Of a DNA stretch of 64,000 nt, positions 40,801-51,132 are shown in pieces. Below the pieces are notes generated by a model that ran no database searches, was not told the origin of the DNA, and saw only the letters and a program-made list of their open reading frames with translations. Source of the stretch: Octopus sinensis (Eukaryota); contig NC_043006.1 of assembly GCF_006345805.1 (NCBI RefSeq), positions 27,900,001 through 27,964,000 of the forward strand, given 5' to 3'. How positions within the stretch are numbered: the stretch's first letter is position 1; the number at the start of each line of letters is the position of its first letter. The position numbers were made by a program, and so were the translations under genes.

Positions 40801-43800
40801 GTGGCCGATGCCAGCGCCGCCCCGACTGGCTCCTGTGCCGGTGGCACATAAAAAGACCATCCGAACGTTGCCAGCGCCGCCTTGGCTGGCTTCCATGCCG
40901 CTGGCACGTTAAAAGCACCTACCGATCGTGACTGATGCCGGACCCCCCCCCCGGCACCTGTGCAGGTGGCACGTAAAAAGCACCCACTACACTCGCGGAG
41001 TGGTTGGCGTTAGGAAGGGCATCCAGCCGTAGAAACTCTGCCAGAACAGACTGGAGCCTGGAGCAGCCCCTGGCTTCCCAGACCCCGGTCGAACCGTCCA
41101 ACCCGTGCGGAAAACGGACGTTAAACGATGATGATGATGATGATGATTTCTGTTGAAACATACTAATTTTACTTAAATTACTTTTGAAAATAATGAAGAA
41201 TTTAGTAAAATAATTTTGTTGTTATTAAGCTGGTATTAAGAACAAATCAACATGAAAAACAAGTTTATATGATAGAACTAGGGGCAGTCTCATGTGAGTT
41301 GGTAGCAAAAGAGTTAAAAAGAGTAAGTCAGAAAGATTAATGATGGCAGAATTACCTTCTGTCCTCATACAAAATGTTTATTTGTAAACAAAATACAAAC
41401 ATTGGTACATTGATACACAAGTGTGGCTGTGTGGTAAGAAGCTTGCTTACCAACTATATGGTTCTGGGTTCAGTCACACTGCATGGCACCTTGAGCAAGC
41501 GTCTTCTTCCATAGCCCCATGCTGACCAAAGCCTTGTGAGTGGATTTAGTAGATGGAAACTGAAAGAAGCCTATTGTGTGTCTGTATATATATATAATGT
41601 GTGTGTGTGTATGTAAGTATATATATATATATATATATCTATATCTATGTGTGTGTAACCTTATGTCTGTGTTTGTCCCACATCACCTCTTGACAACCGG
41701 TGTTGGTGTGTTTATGTCCTCATAACCTAGTGTTTTGGCAAAAGAGACTAACAAAATAAGTACTAGATTCACAAAGAATAAGTCCTGGGACTGATTTCTT
41801 CAACTAAAACTCTTTAAGGTGGTGCTCCAGCATGGCTGCAGTCAAATGACTGAAACAAGCAAAAGAATAAATGTATTTTTGTTGTCAATATTTAGAAAAT
41901 AGTTAAGGCAATGATCTGATAGAATCGTTAACATGCCAGGCAAAATGCTTAACAGTATTTCGTCCATGAGTTCAAAAATCAATATAATAAATACCAGTCA
42001 TATACTAGGGCAGTTCAATTGTTCTTCTCTCATATAAATGGTTGCTAATTTATGCTAGTCTTATAAATTCTATCTCTGAATAATTTTACTGTAAAAAACT
42101 CCAATAAGTTGGGTAGAAAAGCTACACACATACAAAAACATTTATATATAATCTTTACTCACTCGTTTTGATTGCCTGTAGATATCAAAGACAACAAGTA
42201 GTGTAACTAGATAAATAGCAGCAAATATATACTGTGCCAGGCGGATGTTAGTCCCTTTCTCTGTGAGGTGATATAACCCTAAGAATATATAAACAAATCC
42301 AGCGGGATATCTGAAACACAGATAAACATTTCTATGTTAAAAGCAATACAAAATAAGAAAGATAATTATACACAGAATACTAAAAAAGTTAAAGGATGGA
42401 CTAACTTAGAGGAAGAGAAGGTGACAATGACTCATACTAGGTTTACTGGCAACATTCTTAGCTATTATGTAGAGTACTGTTGCTGCATGAACTTTTTCTG
42501 TCATTTTGGCTGTTGATAAAAACTTTTTGATGATCTCAACTTCATCAACTCTAACAAGATCCTAAGAGTTTTCTTTGGGATTAAATTAAATTGGCTAAGT
42601 ATACTATCTGAGGCCTTCATTCAGGAGGATCCAGTCATATTTCATGGTGCTTCTGACTTGTGCTTTTTAGGCAAATGCTTTGCTTTTTGGTATCTAGATT
42701 GTTTGCAACTTTGCATAGCAATCCAAACCTCAGATGGCAAAGATACATTCTGTCCACACCAGTTTGTGTCTATGGTAACACCCAAAATTTTAAGTTGCTT
42801 TTTCATAGACAGTTTAGAATTGCAAGGGTTAAATTTAAAGCTGAATGAACTTTTTATTGCTAGCTTACACTTTGATGGTTCAAATGTCTTAGATATTGTA
42901 TGCCTTAAAATATATTGAGTTGAAATGAAAGTAACCTAGCATTCAATGTAGAGGCCATCAAGCTGCACTGTCTAAAGCCATCTATCTGCCAGTTCTTTTA
43001 TCCCATGTTGATACTAGTTCTTGTCCTTTGTGGCAAAGAACTCTTTCACTGAAACCTCCACCTCCTCTTGGTTGATGAAGTATTGTGAGTGCAAGCAGTG
43101 AGCTATGGATCAGAACAAGTAATAATCCAAGGGAAATATTTTTCCACAATCCTAATGTGCATAAGCAGTGGTTAAGCAAGGACCAGCTTCCAGAATCTGT
43201 TGTCAAACAAGGGTGTTTTGAATACAAAGTGATGCTTTGCATCTGGTGGAATTATGAGGGGATAATTCACTATGAGTTCATTCTGGATGGTCAAACTATC
43301 AATGCCAACCTGTGATCCAAACAACTGGAACAAATGTATGCCACTGTGTGGAAAAAATATCTGGCATTGGTTAATATAGAGCAAGTTCTTCTGCAGCAAA
43401 ACACAACCTTTCATACCTCTTGAACGACCCAGAATAAACTCCAGGAATTTGAGGGAATGGAAATGATACCACACCCAGCTCCCTCAGATTATTACTCATT
43501 CCGATCCATAGCTCACTGTATTCGTAATGCTTCATCAACTAAGAAGAAGTGGAAACTTTAGTGAAGGAGTTCTTTGCCACAAAAGACAAGAACTAGTATC
43601 AAAAAGAACTGGCAGAAAGTGGTGCAACATGATGACCTCTACATTGAATGCTTTTTGTTGTAAAATAATGAATAAAGCAAATAAGATACCAAAATATTGC
43701 TAAACTTTTGACTCAACACAATAAGATGAAGTGAGCACAGGTTTGATCATAGATTTACTTGAGCAGTTTTGACCTGGGGCTAAGCAACAACAAAATAGAT

Positions 43801-46800
43801 AAAAGTAACATTTAGTAAAGAACTTACACCAGAGGTCCAGTGTCCCCATTTAATTTTGTATAGTCGTATGTGCCATTTACAACACCTTCAACTTCTTGCA
43901 TATATGCACGCCAGTCAATTTCTGTATCTGAAGTAAATTAGAAATAAATGAATAAATTCTTCATATTTTGCCAAAATTGTAATTATGCCAAGTCGTTTTT
44001 TAATAATAGCACAAACTGAATACTCATACATAAACCAAGATTACCCACTATCTTTCTAACAACAATTTTATCATGTTTTCAATTCAATATCTCAAACACT
44101 CAACATGCTTATAAAATTAAAAAACAGCACAGTGCCCATAAGTGTTGGAAGCATTTTTTCATGCTTGGAAATGCTGAAGCATGGAATAAACTTCCTGTGT
44201 TTGTTGTTAACTGTGAGAAAACTGCATCCTTTACAAATTCCATGCTTCCTGAAATTCACCGACATTACTTCCGATATGCCTATGCACCCTTATTCTCTTA
44301 TGTTCATTTTTCTCCGTTTTAGTATTTTATTCTGTGTACTCTGCTTTCTAGCTGTTACTGTTGTCTTTCTCTACTTGAATTAGGCTAAATCTTTTACAGG
44401 GCTTAGAAAACCCAAAGGACTGCTGCAATAAGTATCTGTGAACCTGAGAGGAGAATATGTTTGACAAAATCTTAATTAACTGATCCCCCTGTATTTTCTT
44501 TTACCCAAAGCCAGGAACTTTTCAGTACCCCCTCATAAAGGCAACAAACTTTAATGGAAGTATGCAAGTAACCTGCCAAACAGTTGGGTGGAACATTCTA
44601 GGATGGTTAAAAGCTATAGAATGGTTGGCAAATTGAAACAAACTAGTCATCTAGGAGAATCTATGTTGTTTGTCTCAGTGAGTTGTTCTCTCCCACTCTT
44701 TTACTTTTAAGTAACATGTTTATGTCATACTTGACAAAAGGCACTCACCATAACTTGTAATGTCAAGTAAAGCACATTAATTATATGCAATGATTTAAAT
44801 TCTTTACACTACTTTCATAATATTATCCACTTTATATATAAAGTTATATACAGAAGATTACTAACTGTTAGTCTGTTGAAAATTGTTCCATTTATTTATT
44901 AGATGTGTAATTATTAATATAATGGTACTGGTTAATAAACTATTAGCAAACTTTAGTGCGGTCAATGTCTACATGTAGAGCCTACCTCACATTGTGAACA
45001 ACATAAGAAGAATATATGACTAGCCATCATACCAAAGTGGACTGAACAAGTGAAAGCTATTATTTTGACTGAGAATACAGCACAGCACCAATACCTCATT
45101 GAATCAGCCAGGTACGACTCTCATTAAATTTCATTTCATATTTTATTTTCTGTCTTTTATCTCCTAAATATAATTTAGTGTAGGCATAGTTGAGTAGTTA
45201 AGAAGTTCATTTTGCAACCAAATGCTTTTGGGTTTAGTATCATAAAGTGGTACACTGAGCAACAGTCTTCTGTTATATCCCCAGATTGTGAGAGTATCTG
45301 ATAGACAAAAACTGTAAGGAAGCCTGTTATATGTATATACGTTCATCCATACATATATACATATATGTGTGTGTGTGTGCATCTTTGTCTCTCACTGCTC
45401 TCATTGGCATTAGTATGTTTATGGCTCTGTGACTTAGAGGTTCAGCAAAATGAAACTGATACAATAAGTACAAGACTTAAAAATAAGCACTAAAATTGAT
45501 ATGATTGACTAAACTCTTCGAGGTAGTAGCCTGCAATCCAGTAACAATATGGCCACAGCCCAATAACTGAAACAAGTAAAAGAATAACAATAATTTTATT
45601 TGAAAAATTATTGTTATTTTTTTAAATATTATTATTAAATATTATTCAGCTATTTAAATTCAGTTTGCGTAATATCACTCATTTGCATAATTCATCATAA
45701 TTATATAAATGAGTAACTGAGATCAGGAATCAATAATATAGTGGAACCTTATTGGGATAATAACAGTGGCAACACAAGAGAACAACAGAGTATGACAATT
45801 CACAAATGATTATAAAATAATGAAAAAAATTAATATAATTGATTCTATTTGATGCTGATGGTGGCAGCAGTGGTGGTGATGGTGATGATGATGAAGACAA
45901 TTATGATAAAAAAAATTGCTTATTATCATAAAGCATTTTGTAAATTGGACAACAGATGATAAAAAATTTCATTCTTTTGCTTTGCAACAATAACAGGGCC
46001 TTTGTGGAAGCCTTCTTACATAGTCAGTAAATAGTTGTTTTACTTTTTATTTTGAGATATAATCAACAAGGTGTTCAATATTTTAAAATTTGCAAAAGAA
46101 AAATCAATAGCAATTAAATGTTGCCCATTTTATGATACATCTGCCATATTTACTAAATATATGAATGAATTTACTTACAATTTCTGACTTAGTAAACACA
46201 AGAACAAAAACGATTGGTTAGGTGCAGGCTTGTCTGTATGGTCAAGAAGCTTACTTTGCAACCATATGGATTTGGGTTCAGTCCCACTACATAACACCCT
46301 GTGCAAGTATCTGGTGAGTGAATTTGGCAGTGGAAGCCCATCATGTGTGTGTGTGTGTGTTAGTGTTTGTATTTGCTATCCTCCACCTTAGCTAAATAAC
46401 CAGTTTATTTTTTATTTTTATCTAGTTTCAGCTCACAAGCTGTGGCCATGCTGGGGCACCGCCATTTGGTGTTGCTACACGATTTTACTTCACGAATGCT
46501 TTTTAGCAATTGCCATTTGGTGCATGAGAGAGTTCAATGCAGCTGCCCTCATCTGCACCTCCTGCCGTGAAGTTGGTTCATCTGGGACACCTGACAAGAG
46601 ATCCAGTTTTATTTTAAAGACATCTGCATCCACCCCATGCAGTGTTGGTTTTTTTTCTGTTGTCATAAATTGGCAGTTCATCAAAAGTACCAGGCTTAAA
46701 AAATGAGTTCTGGGGTTCATTTGTTTGACTAACCCTTCAAAGCTGAAACTTCAAAGTCATTGTCAACCTCTTCCTTGTAAAATGAATATGTTTGTGTATG

Positions 46801-49395
46801 TGTGGGTGTAAAAAAGAGGCCAAATAAAGTAGACGCATTACATTTGCCAGTTGACTCAAAAGATGAGATTCACTTCCACCTACGTTGTCTTATTTTATGA
46901 AAATTTTGATCTTATTTGAATCATTTCAATGAAATTTAATTGATTTAATCTACTGTGACAGTTTTGTAGTATATAGTTATATCCAGAGCTGGATGTAAGG
47001 CTGTTAATCCGTTAATCATTAATTAACGAAGTTGACATTTTCATTAACGATTTAACTTTTAAGTTAACTTTGAAAATCATTATCGGACTAATTAACTTCC
47101 GTTAAATTTAGCTTCAGTTAACTGAAATCCATTAACCCAAAAATTTCATAAAAACCAGTCAACATTTAAAAGTTTCTATTGTTTCCAGATTGTCTTAGCA
47201 TATTGTACACGTCGTTCTTTCAGCTTTTTTAGGCCCTTTAAAATCTAAAACTATAAAATCAGCATTATTTAACTCTACAATAAAAAACAAAAAAACCCAT
47301 AGTTTTTGGGTTCTAAAGCCCTCAAAAAGGCCAAAAAAGCTGATTTTATAGTTTTGGCACTTTTTAACCCTTTAGTGTTTAAATCAGCCCAAACCCATTT
47401 TATCTAATTCCTCTACGAAATCTTTTAGAAGATAAACGAATCTCATTAGTGAATTCTCGTAGCTTTGAGATAATGTGAGGGCTTTTCTTCCAGAAAGCAC
47501 AGAACTGGAAGAAAAGCAAAATTAACTGAGGTAGACGTCAACAGAGAAAATATTGACTTCCATAAAGTGCAAAAAATAAATGGAGGGAAAAAACTTTGTA
47601 AATATTTTGGTGTGAACACAAATAGCTGTTACGTAGGAGCAGGGCATGCTAGAAATAACAGCCAAATCTTTCCTTTCCTGGAAAAAGGAGCTGTTTATGT
47701 GTGATTTCAACATCACATTTGATGAAAGCATGCAAAATAACATGGAAAAGAAAAAAGACCCGTGAAACAAAACTCACTTGATGGGAAAATTTGAGGTCCC
47801 CACCACCCTTCCCACCTTTCTTGTCTGGAAAAAGTGGCATGCAATGGGCTTAAAAGTCAGCTACATTGAATGCACCCATAAAAACTGTGGGAAAAAAATT
47901 ATTTCACACTGAAACATGAAATATTTACCGAAAGAATAAAATCTTGTACTGATTATACCTGTATTTTAATTAATTCAAATCAAATTACCTCATCTTGAAA
48001 AGTGCAGAATTTTGTTTGTTGCCATCTGGAATAATTTTAATAATAAATCAAACAGGTAAGACGCATTAAGAATGTCAATTTTAGTGTTTATCCATAATGC
48101 ACCTGTTGATTAAATTTACCTGCCCATAAAAGTCAAATTTACTCTGCAAAATCAGCTAAAATTACATACATAACTACAAACCAGTGGTATATAAAGCACC
48201 CACTGACAAAATTTCAAATCTGTATGTAAAAAATTTACAAAGTTACAAGCAAATATTGTGGACACCCCTCTTGAACCTGAATAATTCAAAACAATATGAA
48301 CAAATAAGCATTACATTTGACAGATTAATATGAACACTACAGATGATTTTAGGCGTCTTTTTTCTTACACACATAACATGGCCTCGCTTGGTTGGGACAA
48401 CACGTGTGTTACTTCGACATCATCATTCGATAAAATTTGTTTATGGGGAGAAAAATATCAATAGATGTGTGAGTGAGAAAGAAACGAGGGAGGTTTTGGG
48501 ATGTGCTAGAAACAACAGCTAGGTCTCCCTTCAATCACACATTTTCCTCTGAAATTATTAACAATTTTTTTTTGAACCGAAAATGTTTCTCTCACGGGTT
48601 TTAAGTGTGTATTGAAAAAAACGGCCAAAATCGTTTTGGACTGAGGTGGTGAGGAGGTGGCAGGAGTGAAAAAAATTTTCAAAATTTTTCCCATTTTTTT
48701 TTCATGAAAAGATGCCTTCCATTATTCTAAAGACTCTGGTGAAAAACATTGGAAAAAATCCCCATCAAAACGGAGAAACTCCAACTTATGTGGGCCGTCT
48801 GATCCGAAACTCCGCCCCTTCCAAAAAAATTTGCCTACAAATTTCTTTTTAATTGTAATCTTCACCGTTTGAAAAGTATTTGTATAAAATTTCATTAAAC
48901 AATACCTATTTTCCAGAAAGTTACGAGGGGGAAAATATTTTCTAACAAATCTTCATATACACTCAATCTACAGGATATAAAGCGATTATTTGGTGGAAGT
49001 TTCGTTAAAAAGGGTAATATTGTAAATATTAACCCATAATATCCATTTTTCTGGAAGTTATGAGGTAACAAAGTCAATGGGGTATTAAACTGTAGTTATG
49101 CCTTTTTTTCAATAAAAGTTAACGATAACTTCCGTTACATTTTCAAAGAATTAAAGGATTAACAAAATCAACCTTTCGATTAATGGTGCCCACCTCGGGT
49201 TATATCTCTCTACATTCAGATTTCAAATCCCACTGGAGTCAACTTTGCATTTCCTCACTCCAGTGTAGATAAGACTAATTATATGCTGGGAGTGATTTCC
49301 AATAAGTATGAGAAAATGTAAGAAATTGCTATTAGCAATAGTAATTTCGCATCGTTGAAGCCCGCATCTTTAAATAGGCATGCGATGCATTTTGA

Positions 49396-49433
<38 letters not shown>

Positions 49434-50506
49434 TGGAGTATAAAAAGGGCACCGCGCAACAGGATTTTTAAACGTCAGTTAGTCAACATATAACTCATCA
49501 CTGAAATGTATTAAACGTTTAATTTTTTTTTCCTATTATGTGGGAGCAGGTAAAACCCGATCGAGCACGCTTATGATGAAAGGAATTACTCAAGCCGCCA
49601 CTATCTCATTCTATTTTAAGGCATGTTGTATGTAGGACAACACTGAAGTGTACATGTCTTTTTCCTTAAAGTAGGAGGTGAAATTTGAGAGCGATTTGGC
49701 TGCTATTTCCAGCAGGTCGAGCTATCTTGTTTCTTCTTTGTAAGTGAGAGCGCTTGCCCTTATTTTGTCACTTTGATGTCTCAAACAGCATTTTCGAATG
49801 AATTCTCGATTACCAATTTTCTATATTTCTTTTGCCGAAAACTTGAAACACAATTCCCCAAACATCCTTCAAACTCTTGAATTGTTATTGACAGCACTCA
49901 ACCTTTTTATGTAGCGTGTAGAATTAAAGAATTCGCCAAGCATGTTTACAGATAAATGTTATCACTACCCTTCAGCTCTATTTCAGCATGTCTTGCAAAC
50001 AACTTGCACATGCTAGTGCTACCAGTCAAAAGCTCCGTATACCTCTCGACGGCATCAATGCGCACCGGCCCCCCTCACTGATATGAGGCCCCGCTTGCTA
50101 GATCAGCTGGTTATGAAGTTAAACTCATAAACAGAACGGTTTTATTCTGGGTTCACTTTATTATCATCTGTGCTATCTCATTATGTTAAAGGCAGTGAAT
50201 GCACATCGCATAACTAGGAAGCAAAAAAAGTTTAAAAGTACACAAACTATATTTACTGTTCCACACAATCAAGAGAGAGGAGACAAGCAACTTACATTTT
50301 ATTTCGTTTATAATAAAGTAATTAACGACGATTTCTGCCAGGAAAAGACAAAACATTATCGGCAATGGAAAACGTGGATCATAAAGAATTCTTTCCACAA
50401 GGGCCGGCAGTCGGGCCATGTGGGATCGAACTTTCACCCACTGCGATTGTAGCATGACGATAAAACTTCTGAAAGAAATACAGAACGGAAGGATATTTAT
50501 CGACAT
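22564..50506 (-). CDS. ALG3: Dol-P-Man:Man5GlcNAc2-PP-Dol alpha-1,3-mannosyltransferase, spliced CDS: complement(join(22564..22744,25577..25706,35722..35783,36551..36756,37978..38098,40039..40199,42163..42310,43828..43927,50296..50506)); alternative ATG at 50455
   Basis: Nine exons join in one frame (1320 nt, 439 aa; 422 aa from 50455). The protein carries ALG3 motifs [83 protein letters not shown] and [11 protein letters not shown]. Confidence 0.97.
22842..23061. mobile_element. piggyBac-type MITE family 1 (220 bp). Partial copies at about 23550-23805, 40565-40722, 41148-41318
   Basis: TTAA on both sides (22838-22841, 23062-23065) and CCCTTT...AAAGGG termini. Confidence 0.85.
24184..24403. 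mobile_element. piggyBac-type MITE family 2 (220 bp)
   Basis: TTAA|CCCTTTAGCATT ... AATGCTAAAGGA|CTAA, with a degenerate right end. Confidence 0.75.
25577..25706 (-). CDS. ALG3: ALG3 exon 8 (130 bp), begins after a U12 AC acceptor
   Basis: CCTTAACttaccccAC|AG ATC..., [50 protein letters not shown] donor. Confidence 0.96.
25935..26500 (+). mobile_element. Two tandem copies of SINE family C (25935-26150, 26295-26500). Others at about 41905-41970 and 61810-62015
   Basis: Shared ggcagtgagctggcaga...gagttcaaat...aagtaccagt...ggggtcgatgtaatcgac...tatagtagaaaggattatt. Confidence 0.8.
26617..27860 (-). mobile_element. Near full-length degenerate Tc1/mariner maT (DD37D-like) transposon
   Basis: HTH region [64 protein letters not shown], and [36 protein letters not shown]. 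One end reads TA-TAGGGTGCAGTGAATAAATTGTCACC. Frameshifted. Confidence 0.88.
29460..29915. repeat. Compound (TA)n/(TG)n tract
   Basis: Dinucleotide tract that produces the spurious ORFs at 29377-29922. Confidence 0.9.
29919..30800 (+). mobile_element. Non-autonomous DNA element (Helitron-like 5' hairpin; body related to 48540-49075 in the opposite orientation)
   Basis: Starts CTAGCAGAAA...TTTCTGCTAG. Shared blocks include cctcctaacatccagaaaaatg versus catttttctggaagttatgagg. Confidence 0.5.
31160..31340. mobile_element. MITE-like element with 20-bp TIRs and an internal TTAGGG-like run
   Basis: tacttaaatacagaggtccc / gggacctctgtattcaagta, with ggttagggttagttagggctaggg at 31223-31246. Confidence 0.55.
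32281..32590 (+). mobile_element. tRNA-derived SINE family D (partial second copy 32905-33065)
   Basis: Head ggtgtgtggctcagtggttagg. The body cagtccactcagctggc.aaaatgagttgtagctgtaattcaaagggg is duplicated. Confidence 0.75.
33448..33830 (+). mobile_element. SINE family A, full length
   Basis: Complete from head to tail. Confidence 0.88.
33849..34208 (-). mobile_element. SINE family A, inverted copy tail-to-tail with the previous one
   Basis: Reverse complement of the family A consensus, with many CpGs retained. Confidence 0.88.
34403..35300 (+). mobile_element. 5'-truncated RTE LINE
   Basis: [23 protein letters not shown]..., [18 protein letters not shown], and a (GAT)n tail at 35280-35300. 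Confidence 0.9.
35722..35783 (-). CDS. ALG3: ALG3 exon 7 (62 bp), ends at a U12 AT donor
   Basis: aatttcag acceptor, [21 protein letters not shown], then C|ATATCCTTTT. The phases (2 in, 1 out) fit both neighbours. Confidence 0.9.
36551..36756 (-). CDS. ALG3: ALG3 exon 6 (206 bp)
   Basis: ttttacag acceptor, [74 protein letters not shown] donor. Confidence 0.97.
37978..38098 (-). CDS. ALG3: ALG3 exon 5 (121 bp)
   Basis: ttgtag acceptor, [47 protein letters not shown] donor. Confidence 0.97.
38582..39895 (+). mobile_element. 5'-truncated RTE LINE with an expanded 3'UTR minisatellite
   Basis: ORF 38727-39107 (LHGNETW...[28 protein letters not shown]...GRGRPRKTW), tandem units of about 65 bp at 39270-39720, and a (GAT)n tail. 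Confidence 0.9.
40039..40199 (-). CDS. ALG3: ALG3 exon 4 (161 bp)
   Basis: ttactacag acceptor, [59 protein letters not shown] donor. Confidence 0.97.
40724..41146 (+). mobile_element. Young RTE 3'UTR fragment with 66-67 bp tandem units
   Basis: Units start at 40728, 40795 and 40861. CpG-rich, with a (GAT)n tail. Confidence 0.88.
42163..42310 (-). CDS. ALG3: ALG3 exon 3 (148 bp)
   Basis: tttcag acceptor, [55 protein letters not shown] donor. Confidence 0.97.
42600..42900 (-). mobile_element. Degenerate non-LTR RT remnant
   Basis: - strand [10 protein letters not shown]...[11 protein letters not shown] resembles the LINE RT motif LGVTID. Confidence 0.4.
42939..43075 (-). mobile_element. Inverted copy of the same mariner 3' end
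   Basis: Reverse complement of 43545-43655 (gagttctttgccacaaa.gacaagaactagtatcaa...gaactggcaga...cctctacattgaatgc). Confidence 0.8.
43076..43720 (+). mobile_element. Mariner (DD34D-type) transposase 3' half
   Basis: [39 protein letters not shown]...[25 protein letters not shown], and KEFFATKDK, with stops and deletions. Confidence 0.85.
43828..43927 (-). CDS. ALG3: ALG3 exon 2 (100 bp)
   Basis: ttacttcag acceptor, [40 protein letters not shown] donor. Confidence 0.97.
44110..44400 (+). mobile_element. CR1-type LINE 3' remnant
   Basis: [32 protein letters not shown] resembles the CR1 RT C-terminus (HFFS.RV..AWNKLP). Confidence 0.65.
46404..46645 (-). mobile_element. CR1/L2-type LINE 3' end
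   Basis: [39 protein letters not shown], then the tail ggcggtgccccagcatggccacagcttgtgagctgaaactagataaaataaa. Confidence 0.7.
46984..49198. mobile_element. Non-autonomous hAT-type element (2,215 bp) with nested insertions
   Basis: Perfect 8-bp TSD GTTATATC (46976-46983 and 49199-49206). Imperfect TIRs CAGAGCTGG / CCGAGGTGG. No transposase ORF. Confidence 0.75.
47368..48345. mobile_element. Longer member of piggyBac-type MITE family 2 nested in the hAT element
   Basis: TTAA|CCCTTTAGTGTTTAAA start. The 3' part attcaaaacaatatgaacaaataagcattacatttgacaga matches 24340-24395. Confidence 0.55.
50296..50506 (-). CDS. ALG3: ALG3 coding exon 1
   Basis: ...[31 protein letters not shown] followed by T|GTAAGT (phase 1). 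The start is ATG 50506 or ATG 50455. Confidence 0.88.
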
Positions 50507-51132
50507 CTGGCGGCCACTAATTGCAAGCGAAGAGGAAATAACTCTAAGTTATCGCATAGCAACCAAACCCATTGGGATGGCTTTTTAATGAAATAAGTCT
50601 ATAAATAAATTTATAAACATTTCTATAAATAAATTTATAAACATGTCTAAATAAATCCCTTATTAATCTTCGCTAATAAAGATTTTCTGTTTAGTAAATC
50701 TACCTAATCTATCGGACAAATATAAGTTTGAAGTATTTTCAACAATCACTTTTGGTGACTACGTAGTTAACGAGATTTGTTGAGGGAGAGCCACGTCATC
50801 GTCGATCCTGCTGACAGTTGCTGATGTGTCACAACATTGTCTCTTGTTATTGTTGTTCAGATCAACACAACTCTTCACAATGAAACGATGAACACACAAT
50901 GAGTTCATAAACAGTAAACATTTGCTAATTTACAATGATACTCTTACGAAAACACTTTTTCTTGCTAAAACTAAACAGATTTCAAAATACTTCGTAACAC
51001 AACAGACCATATCAGAAAACTAAAACTTCCTCATCTCATTCGGACTTTTCAATATTGTTCATTCCCTCGATTACATTGTTTATCCGTCAGTTTATGTAAT
51101 ATTTTGAAGTAACCCATCATTGCTGCCTCAAG
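50507..51132. promoter_or_regulatory. Putative bidirectional promoter/5'UTR region between ALG3 and the CREB3-like gene
   Basis: The divergent start codons are about 630 bp apart. The interval is TE-free and CpG-retaining, unlike the surrounding DNA. Confidence 0.7.
50790..50799 (-). promoter_or_regulatory. UPRE/CRE-like element TGACGTGG(C)
   Basis: The + strand reads GCCACGTCAT, so the - strand reads ATGACGTGGC. This is an exact match to the UPRE consensus TGACGTGG bound by XBP1s, ATF6 and CREB3-family bZIPs. Confidence 0.55.

Noticed and set aside
40728-40920. Regular 66-67 bp repeats superficially like a CRISPR array
   Set aside because: Head-to-tail minisatellite with no unique spacers, inside an RTE 3'UTR in a eukaryotic intron.
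49398-49480. (GA)n followed by TATAAAAAGG and a TCAGTT Inr-like motif on the + strand
   Set aside because: The TATA-Inr spacing is about 38 bp rather than about 30. It lies antisense in ALG3 intron 1 with no downstream exon evidence.
49555-49620. ATGATGA box-C-like motif suggesting a snoRNA
   Set aside because: It belongs to the dispersed repeat family also seen at 13400-13582 and 51775-51930. There is no box D or terminal stem.
50489-50496. Second ATATCCTT (U12-like donor) on the - strand near the ALG3 start
   Set aside because: I found no matching CCTTAAC/AC acceptor. It lies in coding or polypyrimidine sequence, and exon 1 already has a GTAAGT donor.
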